DNA of 64,000 nt from Opitutia bacterium. GTDB taxonomy: Bacteria > Verrucomicrobiota > Verrucomicrobiia > Opitutales > T3Sed10-336. Below the pieces are notes generated by a model. The model saw only the letters and a list, made by a program, of their open reading frames with translations, did not search any database and had not been told where the DNA came from. This document shows positions 56,873-64,000 of the stretch, one piece after another. The stretch lies in contig JBJHCF010000007.1 of NCBI GenBank assembly GCA_050506795.1, positions 58,837 to 122,836 on the forward strand, in the 5' to 3' direction. How positions within the stretch are numbered: the stretch's first letter is position 1; each line of letters starts with the position of its first letter. The translations under genes were made by a program, and so were the position numbers.

Positions 56873-57508
56873 TTGGCTGAAATCCTGATGGTGCCCATTG
56901 AGCAGAGACCGCTTCCACCGCTCCGACGAAGGCTCAGTCTGACCGGTTTGTCGGACTACTCGCGCGAACTCTCGACCGAATCACAAAGGTCGGTGGAACT
57001 GATTCGCTCGCTCACCCGTTCCCCCTGGGAAGAAGCACGGGCCCTGAGCAAACGCGAGCTCGAAGCCCTCGACGCCTCGTTGCGGGAACTGGAAGCGACC
57101 CTTAACGAACGCGAAGAAGCCTTGCGGGCCTCCGAATCCAAGCTGCAGGAAAAGGAACGTGACCTTTGGGAAACCGAAGCACTGCTGAAGGCCCGCGAAG
57201 CAATCCTCAAAACCACACAGCACAACACGGCGCAACCGCCTCCGGGCGAACCCTCGAGCGAAGCCAGAAAGGCGCTGGAGACCTGGAAACAGGAACTGGA
57301 AAAGCAGGAGCGTTCCCTGCATGAAGCCCGGTCCGCCCTCCGGGAACGCGAAGAATTTCTCGACTCAAGCGAAAATACTCTCTTCGAGAAATTTCAGGAA
57401 CAGCAGGAGCAGGAAACCATTATCGAACAGCGCCAGGAGGAACTCGATGCCCGGGAGAAGGCAATCGAACGCCGCGAAAAGGAGCTCGAATCGAAACAAG
57501 GAGAATAA
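56873..57508 (+). CDS. Coiled-coil protein (Glu/Arg/Lys-rich)
   Basis: Heptad pattern LRELEATLNEREEALRASE, two coiled-coil blocks separated by QPPPGEP; start uncertain. Confidence 0.72.
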   Translation: MAEILMVPIEQRPLPPLRRRLSLTGLSDYSRELSTESQRSVELIRSLTRSPWEEARALSKRELEALDASLRELEATLNEREEALRASESKLQEKERDLWETEALLKAREAILKTTQHNTAQPPPGEPSSEARKALETWKQELEKQERSLHEARSALREREEFLDSSENTLFEKFQEQQEQETIIEQRQEELDAREKAIERREKELESKQGE

Positions 57509-57554
57509 CCCCCTCCCCCACGCCCCTCTCACCTCGCCCCACGCACCACCCCCG

Positions 57555-58235
57555 TCACCTCTTAACCTTCTCATACTCGGGCGGCTTGATGACCCAAGGG
57601 CCGGGGTTCGCCGCCGGGCGGGTCAGGGTTCCCTGGAAAAACCAGGGCGCGGCGGCGGAAAGATCGTAATCGAGGGGCCGGGTTTCCACCGGCGCCGGCC
57701 GCAACGGACCGGCCTCCTCCGGGCGCCACAAAGGGATTTCACAAGCGGCGAGTTCCTCCTCGCTCAACCGGCGCGGGGCTTGAATTTCACCGCCGGAGGT
57801 GACCTCCACAAAATTCCAATGCCCGCGCCGGGCGTCGGAACAAAGGGCGAACGGCGGCGTCTCGCCTGCATCCAGAAGCCGATGAGCCAGCAGGTCGAGG
57901 TTGCGGTACACCCGGCAGGGCAAATCCTCCCCTCCCGGCCGGCGCCGCCAGGTACGCAGGGCCATGGCCGCGATGCGTGATCCGAGGATCGAGCCCGGCC
58001 CCTCGCAGTAGAAAAACCCGCTCAGCGCGTCAAGCCGGACGCCCGAACGGCGCAAAGCGGTTTCGACCGCCGGAAACAAGGTCTCCGCCGCGGGTCCGTC
58101 ACGGCGCTCCAAAGCCAGCCAGGCGTCGCGGCACAGGACTCCCGCGTACACCGACGGCAGGGCGGCGTCGAGCAGGAGCCACGCCGGTTCCCCGGCTCTC
58201 CATTTCGAATCGGTAACTTGTTCGATCTCGTCCAT
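57555..58235 (-). CDS. tsaB: TsaB-like tRNA t6A biosynthesis protein (divergent)
   Basis: LLLDA, E.LFP.VE, CEGPGS..G.RI, DARR, C-terminal P.Y. Confidence 0.72.
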   Translation of the reverse strand: MDEIEQVTDSKWRAGEPAWLLLDAALPSVYAGVLCRDAWLALERRDGPAAETLFPAVETALRRSGVRLDALSGFFYCEGPGSILGSRIAAMALRTWRRRPGGEDLPCRVYRNLDLLAHRLLDAGETPPFALCSDARRGHWNFVEVTSGGEIQAPRRLSEEELAACEIPLWRPEEAGPLRPAPVETRPLDYDLSAAAPWFFQGTLTRPAANPGPWVIKPPEYEKVKR

Positions 58236-58306
58236 TTATCTCAGATCTGAAATTGTCGATTTGGAACGTCCTTTCATCGGGCTTACAGCCGGCAGATGAA
58301 AAGGCC
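58235..58306 (-). repeat. Dispersed hairpin+heptamer repeat, copy 3
   Basis: rc = GGCCTTTTCAT-CTGCCGGCTGTAAGCCCG-ATGAAAGGAC-GTTCCAA ATCGACA ATTTCAG ATCTGAG ATAAA. Confidence 0.82.
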
Positions 58307-58393
58307 GCGCCCTCCCGGAGCCTCCCGGGATTATGTCATTGACCGCCCCGCCTTCCCTCATTTGTGATGGACCGTTTAACCAAACACGGAACT

Positions 58394-59704
58394 GTGAATA
58401 TTAAAACCGACGACATCAACGCGACAAGAAAAGCGCTCGTGGTCACCGTCAGCGCCGACGAAATCGAAAAAGAGCACGACACCATTCTCGGTGATTTCGC
58501 CAAGGAAGCCCGCCTGCCGGGATTCCGTCCCGGACGCGCCCCCAAACCGATGGTCGCCAAACGCTTCGCCCGGGAAATCGGGGAGGAGTTGAAAAAGCGG
58601 GTCGTCTCCAACGCCTACCGCCAGGCGGTGAAAGAATCCGGAGTGGAAGTCTTTCAGCCGGTCGACCTCAAAGGCGATGAAATCGAGCGCGGACGCGACA
58701 ACGAACTCAATTTTGTGGTCGATATCAACCCGGAGTTCAATCTTCCGGAATACAAAGGCATTCCGCTGGCCAAGACCGAAACCGAGGTCAAGGACGATGA
58801 GGTGGAGCGCACTATCGACACCCTGCGCCAACAGCGGGCGGATTATACCGTGGTGGAACGCGAAGCGCAAAAGGGCGACTACGTCAAACTGTCCTACGAA
58901 GGCAAACTCGACGGCCGGCCCATCGCGGAGATCGTCGAAGATCGCCCCATTTTCGGAACCCAGACCGGCACCTGGGAGGAAGTCGGTTCCGAAGACGCCG
59001 GCATTCCCGGTTTCGCCGACCAACTCGCGGGATTGAAAGCCGGAGACAAGAATGAGATCGAGGTCAGCTTTCCGGCCGATTTCGCACATGAGGCGCTGGC
59101 GGGGAAGGACGCGGTTTATTCGGTGGAAATGCTCGAAGTCCGGGAGAAGAAACTGCCCGAAATCGATGACGAGTTTCTCAAGGGACTGAACGTCGATAAT
59201 CTCGATCAACTCAAAGAGCAGATCGTAAAGGAGCTGGAGAGCCGCAAGGAAATGGACGGCCGGGCCCGGCAACGGCAGCAACTGGGCGACACGCTGTTGG
59301 AGCGCATTGAATTCGCCGTTCCCGAAAGCGCGATCGAGATGGAAACCGACGGGCTTTTCCGGCAAATCATCGAACGCAACATACGCCAGGGAGTATCCGA
59401 AGAGGAACTGGAAAAACACAAGGAGCAGATTTTCGAAGAAGCCCGTAAATCGGCGGTAAAACGGATCAAACTGCGGATGATTCTGATGAAAATCGCCGAA
59501 GCCGAAAACATCAAACTGGAAAACGAGGACGTTCAGCGCCACCTCATGCAGGAAGCCATGCAACGGGGTACGCGACCCGACGATCTGGTGAAACAAATGC
59601 GCAAGGACGAGCACCTGGTCCAGGCCATGCGACAAAACATCCTTTTCGACAAGACACTTGATTTCCTCCTGGGGGAGGCTAACATTTCAGAGAGCGAAAC
59701 ATGA
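58394..59704 (+). CDS. tig: Trigger factor
   Basis: [14 protein letters not shown]-like domain (GDYV..Y.G, IPGF, G.KAG, FP.DF..LAGK); upstream of clpPX. Confidence 0.95.
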   Translation: MNIKTDDINATRKALVVTVSADEIEKEHDTILGDFAKEARLPGFRPGRAPKPMVAKRFAREIGEELKKRVVSNAYRQAVKESGVEVFQPVDLKGDEIERGRDNELNFVVDINPEFNLPEYKGIPLAKTETEVKDDEVERTIDTLRQQRADYTVVEREAQKGDYVKLSYEGKLDGRPIAEIVEDRPIFGTQTGTWEEVGSEDAGIPGFADQLAGLKAGDKNEIEVSFPADFAHEALAGKDAVYSVEMLEVREKKLPEIDDEFLKGLNVDNLDQLKEQIVKELESRKEMDGRARQRQQLGDTLLERIEFAVPESAIEMETDGLFRQIIERNIRQGVSEEELEKHKEQIFEEARKSAVKRIKLRMILMKIAEAENIKLENEDVQRHLMQEAMQRGTRPDDLVKQMRKDEHLVQAMRQNILFDKTLDFLLGEANISESET

Positions 59705-60345
59705 AGCAAAGAGAAGCAGATCCTGTCGGCAGCAGCTATTACGTTCCGGTAATTACCGAGAACACCGCCCGCGGCGAACGGAGCATGGATATTTACAGCC
59801 GGCTCCTCAAAGACCGTATCGTTTTTATCAGTACGCCGATCGACGACGGTGTGGCCAATGTCGTCATCGCCCAGCTGCTCTTTCTGCAGATGGAGGACGC
59901 GAAAAAGGACATCAACCTCTACATCAACTCTCCCGGAGGCGTGGTCACCGGCGGGATGGCCATTTACGATACCATCAATTTCATGCACTGCGACGTGGTC
60001 ACCTACTGCATCGGCCAGGCCGCCAGCATGGCCACCCTGCTCCTCGCCGCCGGCACCAAGGGCAAACGATTCGCGTTGCCCAACAGCCGGGTCATGATCC
60101 ACCAGCCCTCCGGCTACGCCACCGGCCAAACGGCCGACATCGCCATCCAGGCCCGCGAGGTCATCCGGTGGAAACGCACCTTGAACGAAGTGCTTTCGCG
60201 TCACACCGGCAAATCGGTGGAACAGATCGAAAAAGATTCCGACCGCGATTATTTCATGACTGCCGAGGAAGCAAAGGATTACGGGATCGTGGATAACGTT
60301 GTGGCGGACAAGAACGAGGCCCAGGAATTGAAAGCCGCCGTTTAA
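59701..60345 (+). CDS. clpP: ATP-dependent Clp protease proteolytic subunit
   Basis: [35 protein letters not shown]. Confidence 0.97.
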   Translation: MKQREADPVGSSYYVPVITENTARGERSMDIYSRLLKDRIVFISTPIDDGVANVVIAQLLFLQMEDAKKDINLYINSPGGVVTGGMAIYDTINFMHCDVVTYCIGQAASMATLLLAAGTKGKRFALPNSRVMIHQPSGYATGQTADIAIQAREVIRWKRTLNEVLSRHTGKSVEQIEKDSDRDYFMTAEEAKDYGIVDNVVADKNEAQELKAAV

Positions 60346-60358
60346 ACCCGCGCCGATT

Positions 60359-61651
60359 ATGGCTAAATCATCCAAACTGACGCTCTGCTCCTTTTGCGGC
60401 AAATCGCAGAATGAAGTGAAGAAACTGATCGCCGGACCGGCGGTTTACATCTGCGACTCCTGCGTCTCGGTGTGTAAAACCATAATCGATCGCGAAACCC
60501 AGCCACGCGCGGAAACCCAGAGCCAGACGCCTTTCAAGCTGCTGAAGCCCCTGGAAATAAAAGAGGTGCTGGATGATTTCATCATCGGGCAGGAACAGGC
60601 CAAAAAGGTGCTGTCGGTCGCGGTCTACAACCACTACAAACGCCTGGCCTTCGTCGACCGGTCGGGCTCGAAAAGCGGCTCCGCCCTTTCGGCGGAGTTC
60701 TCCGACGTGGAAGTGGAAAAAAGCAATATTCTTCTGATCGGCCCCACCGGCTCAGGGAAGACGCTGCTCGCCCGGACCCTGGCCAACACCCTCGATGTGC
60801 CCTTCGCCATCGCCGACGCCACCACCCTGACCGAATCCGGCTACGTCGGAGAGGATGTGGAAAACATCGTCCTGCGCCTCCTCCAGGCGGCGAACTTCGA
60901 TGTAAAAAAGGCGGAATCCGGCATCATCTATGTCGATGAAATCGACAAGATCGGCCGCAAAACCGACAACGTTTCCATCACTCGCGACGTCTCCGGAGAA
61001 GGGGTGCAACAGGCGCTGCTCAAAATCCTGGAAGGCACCACCTGCAACGTCCCGCCTCAGGGGGGCCGGAAACACCCGAACCAGGAATACATCCAGGTCG
61101 ACACCTCCAACATTCTCTTTATCTGCGGCGGCGCCTTTGTGGGACTCGACGACATCATACGGCGCCGCGACGGCGCCCGAGTCCTCGGCTACGGTTCCAA
61201 ACCCACCGGCGGTGACGGTCTCCATGGTGAATTGATCATGAAAAAGATCGCTCCCGAAGACCTGGTGCGGTTTGGCATGATCCCGGAGTTCATCGGACGC
61301 CTTCCGGTGATTTCCGTCCTGGACGAACTCTCTCTGGGCGATCTGGAAAAAATTCTCCGACAGACGAAAAACTCGCTGGTCAAACAGTACGGCAAACTAT
61401 TCGCCATGGACGGCGTTTCCCTGCGCATCACCCGCGACGCCATCCAGGCCATCGCCCAGAAGGCCAAAGAACTCAAAACCGGCGCCCGGGCTCTGCGCTC
61501 AATCATGGAAAAGCTCATGCTGGAAAGCATGTACGAACTCCCGCATCGGAACGATATCTCCGAGATCATCATCGATCGTTCAGTGGTTGAGGGCAAACGA
61601 AAGCCCCGGCTCAAAAAAGGCTCCAAGTCCGGCAAGAAAAACGCCGCCTGA
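60359..61651 (+). CDS. clpX: Clp protease ATP-binding subunit ClpX
   Basis: CSFCGK..ICD.C zinc finger, [38 protein letters not shown]. Confidence 0.97.
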   Translation: MAKSSKLTLCSFCGKSQNEVKKLIAGPAVYICDSCVSVCKTIIDRETQPRAETQSQTPFKLLKPLEIKEVLDDFIIGQEQAKKVLSVAVYNHYKRLAFVDRSGSKSGSALSAEFSDVEVEKSNILLIGPTGSGKTLLARTLANTLDVPFAIADATTLTESGYVGEDVENIVLRLLQAANFDVKKAESGIIYVDEIDKIGRKTDNVSITRDVSGEGVQQALLKILEGTTCNVPPQGGRKHPNQEYIQVDTSNILFICGGAFVGLDDIIRRRDGARVLGYGSKPTGGDGLHGELIMKKIAPEDLVRFGMIPEFIGRLPVISVLDELSLGDLEKILRQTKNSLVKQYGKLFAMDGVSLRITRDAIQAIAQKAKELKTGARALRSIMEKLMLESMYELPHRNDISEIIIDRSVVEGKRKPRLKKGSKSGKKNAA

Positions 61652-61664
61652 CCGGCTCAATACC

Positions 61665-62030
61665 GTGACCTACTGGGGCTACCACCTGATTTTTACCATT
61701 CCTCTCCTGGTGGCCCTTGCCTGCCTGGTCCTGCGCCGGTATCGACTGCGGCTCGGTCACGTGGCCAGTACTCTGGTCATGCTGACCATTGTCATGCTTT
61801 TCACCACTCCCTGGGACAACTACGCCGCTTATCTCGGCATCTGGGGATTCGGAGAAAACGTCTCACTGGGGTACCCCTTTCGTCACCTGGCGGAAACCAC
61901 CCCCTTTCTCGGACACATCCCGTTCGAGGAATACGCCTTCTTCATCCTGCAAAGCCTGCTGGCCATTTTGATCACGATACTCTTCCTGCCCAATCCGCAA
62001 GCCAAAGGAACGCCAGTCCGAAACGATTAA
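61665..62030 (+). CDS. Lycopene cyclase domain membrane protein (CrtYc/Yd-like)
   Basis: TY..YHL.F..P, TTPWDNY....IW, IPFEEYAFF. Confidence 0.78.
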   Translation: MTYWGYHLIFTIPLLVALACLVLRRYRLRLGHVASTLVMLTIVMLFTTPWDNYAAYLGIWGFGENVSLGYPFRHLAETTPFLGHIPFEEYAFFILQSLLAILITILFLPNPQAKGTPVRND

Positions 62031-62311
62031 CCCTCGCCGGTTCCCGCCTGCCGGGACGATCCGATTTACGCACGCGAAATTCCGCCACCCCTGACGCTGC
62101 GCACGCTCCGGTCCTGAAGCCGCCCGCCATTTCGTTGTTAGCCCTGCTTTTTCGCTTGCCCTCGCCGCTCCGGAGTGAGTGACTGGACCTTGCGTTAGAA
62201 ACCCGACCACAAATGGTCGCGTTTCCATGATACTCCGGCCGGGCCGGAGTTCAACGGTGGCACCGGCACGATCGCTGGAGCCACAGGACTCAGACGAGAT
62301 CCTCAAAAATC

Positions 62312-62590
62312 ATGAAATCGAAAACACTGATGGCAGAGAATAAGAACGAGATAATCAAGGAATACCAGATCAACGAAAAAGACACCGGGTCCAGCGAAGT
62401 GCAAGTCGCCATCCTGACCTCCCGGATCGTCTCCCTGACCGAGCACCTGCGGACTCACCGCAAAGACTACCACTCCCGACGCGGTCTGATCGCCATGACC
62501 AGCCGGCGACGCAAGCTGCTCGACTACATGAAAAGAAAAGACCTGAATCGTTATAACGAACTGATTCAGCGTCTGAAGATTCGCAGATAA
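62312..62590 (+). CDS. rpsO: 30S ribosomal protein S15
   Basis: [29 protein letters not shown]; start 62312 or 62330. Confidence 0.97.
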   Translation: MKSKTLMAENKNEIIKEYQINEKDTGSSEVQVAILTSRIVSLTEHLRTHRKDYHSRRGLIAMTSRRRKLLDYMKRKDLNRYNELIQRLKIRR

Positions 62591-62640
62591 CCCATGCGGG
62601 CTTCGTCGGCCCATCATGGATTGCGGTATGCAGCCCTTTC

Positions 62641-62681
62641 AAACCGGAAAGCCCGCTTAGTCCGGCCTTTCCGGTTTTTTC
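62641..62681 (+). terminator. Terminator between rpsO and pnp
   Basis: AAACCGGAAAG...CTTTCCGGTTTTTTT. Confidence 0.75.
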
Positions 62682-62743
62682 ACTTCTTGAGCGGTTGAGG
62701 GCTGTGATGGATAAAATGATAAACACTGGAAGTAACTAGACCT

Positions 62744-64000
62744 ATGAAGCAGAAACACACCACCCTCATCGAAGAAATGGGCATCACGCTAGGCACCGGC
62801 ACCATGGCGAAACAAGCCAACGGCTCGGTCACCATCGCCCTGGGAGAAACCACCGTTTTCGTCGCGGCCACCGTCGCCAACTCCCTCCGACCGGGCCAGG
62901 ACTTTTTCCCCCTGACCGTGGACTATCGCGAGAAGTTTGCCGCCGCCGGCCGTTTTCCCGGAGGCTACTTCAAGCGCGAAGGTCGCCCTTCGGAAAAGGA
63001 GATTCTCACCTGCCGCCTGACGGACCGTCCTTTGCGTCCGCTCTTTCCCAAAGGCTTCCTCAATGAGGTCCAGGTCGCCGGCATGCTGCTGTCCACGGAC
63101 GGCGAGAACGAGCCCGACATCCTTATGATCAACGGCGCCTCGGCCGCCCTCGCGATTTCCGACATTCCCTGGGACGGCCCCATCGCCGCCCTTCGTCTGG
63201 GTGAGATCAATGGCGAGTTCGTGGTCAATCCCACCATCGAGCAACAGTACGATTCCAATCTCGACCTGATTTACGTCGGCACCGAAAACGAAATGCTCAT
63301 GATCGAGGGCAGCGCCGATCAGTTGCCCGAAGAGCGCTTCGTGGAAGCCCTGGAGTACGCCCAGGAGGCCATTCAGCCGATGATCCGCGCCATCAAGGAC
63401 CTGGCCGCCACCGCCGGCCGGCCCAAACGGGAATTCGACCTGGTCGCGGCCAAGCCTGAAGTCCTGGATATCGTTCGTCGCGAGGCTCCGGCCAAACTGG
63501 CGGAAGCCGTCTTTCACGACAACCGCCGGGAACGCGAGCAGGCCGTTTCGGTGGTCATCGAGGAAACCACCGCCACCATCGTCAAGGAGCTGGGTGAGGA
63601 CGGTTTCGAAGAGCACGACATCGCCATCGCCTTCGAAGAGATCCAGGAAGAAGTCTATCGCAGCAATATTCTCGAGCACGGCAAAAGAGTCGACGGACGC
63701 GGCCCGCTCGATCTTCGCGCCATCAGTGCCGACGTCGGCCTGCTGCCCCGCGTTCACGGTTCGGCCCTGTTCAATCGCGGAGAAACCCAGGCCCTCTGCA
63801 TCACGACCCTGGCCGCGGCGCGCGAGTCACAAAGCCTCGACGCCCTTACCGGCGGCGCGAGCACCAAGTCCTTCATCCTGCACTACAACTTCCCCCACTA
63901 TTCGGTTGGTGAGACCGGGCGGATGATGGGTCCGGGTCGACGTGAGATCGGGCACGGCGCCCTGGCCGAGCGCTCTTTGCTCGCGGTTATTCCGGCGGAA
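62744..64000 (+). CDS. pnp: Polyribonucleotide nucleotidyltransferase (3'-truncated by window end)
   Basis: Not in the ORF track because it runs off the end; reads [77 protein letters not shown]. Confidence 0.96.
   Translation, partial: MKQKHTTLIEEMGITLGTGTMAKQANGSVTIALGETTVFVAATVANSLRPGQDFFPLTVDYREKFAAAGRFPGGYFKREGRPSEKEILTCRLTDRPLRPLFPKGFLNEVQVAGMLLSTDGENEPDILMINGASAALAISDIPWDGPIAALRLGEINGEFVVNPTIEQQYDSNLDLIYVGTENEMLMIEGSADQLPEERFVEALEYAQEAIQPMIRAIKDLAATAGRPKREFDLVAAKPEVLDIVRREAPAKLAEAVFHDNRREREQAVSVVIEETTATIVKELGEDGFEEHDIAIAFEEIQEEVYRSNILEHGKRVDGRGPLDLRAISADVGLLPRVHGSALFNRGETQALCITTLAAARESQSLDALTGGASTKSFILHYNFPHYSVGETGRMMGPGRREIGHGALAERSLLAVIPAE

Noticed and set aside
62789-63757. 322-aa minus-strand ORF near the window end
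   Set aside because: Shadow of pnp on the + strand, which the ORF track missed because it has no stop in the window

Overview
GC-rich bacterial chromosomal window, mostly housekeeping genes. The gene content and style suggest Verrucomicrobiota (Opitutia/Puniceicoccales-like); this is inference, not proven. Order: plsX-fabH; amidohydrolase; PIN-PhoH; Fur-family regulator + sufCBD-sufT; rpsR; an exopolysaccharide export block (Ala-rich secreted protein, OM beta-barrel, wza, wzc) with a divergent TPR gene; DUF5069, trhO, arfB, cmk, plsC, trkAH; nifJ + DHOD-like; an IS630-like HTH gene; ArsR; ABC-ATPase-domain gene; yjbQ; lipoprotein; VapBC; tRNA-Gly(CCC); TPR-TPR-exbB; GxxExxY nuclease; smc, opcA, zwf, yraN; GIY-YIG + tRNA-Ala(CGC); histone-like protein; pyrRBC, CPBP, DUF805-TerB-J fusion; two Hsp20; glyQS; a ParA trio; tsaB; tig-clpP-clpX; lycopene cyclase domain; rpsO; pnp (truncated). 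I saw no CRISPR, rRNA, prophage or intact IS. The most unusual signals are in intergenic DNA and small genes: (1) a GxxExxY nuclease gene enclosed by a 30-bp inverted repeat made of 9-nt units, with two gene-less hairpins of similar architecture nearby; (2) a ~70-bp dispersed element (hairpin + four heptamers) in three gap-free copies with compensatory stem changes; (3) a GIY-YIG gene bracketed by 15-bp direct repeats and palindromes at a tRNA 3' end; (4) an orphan ParA followed by an alphaCTD/sigma4-like protein with an amphipathic tail and a coiled-coil protein, a possible positioning system. All product calls come from motif recognition by eye, not from database searches.
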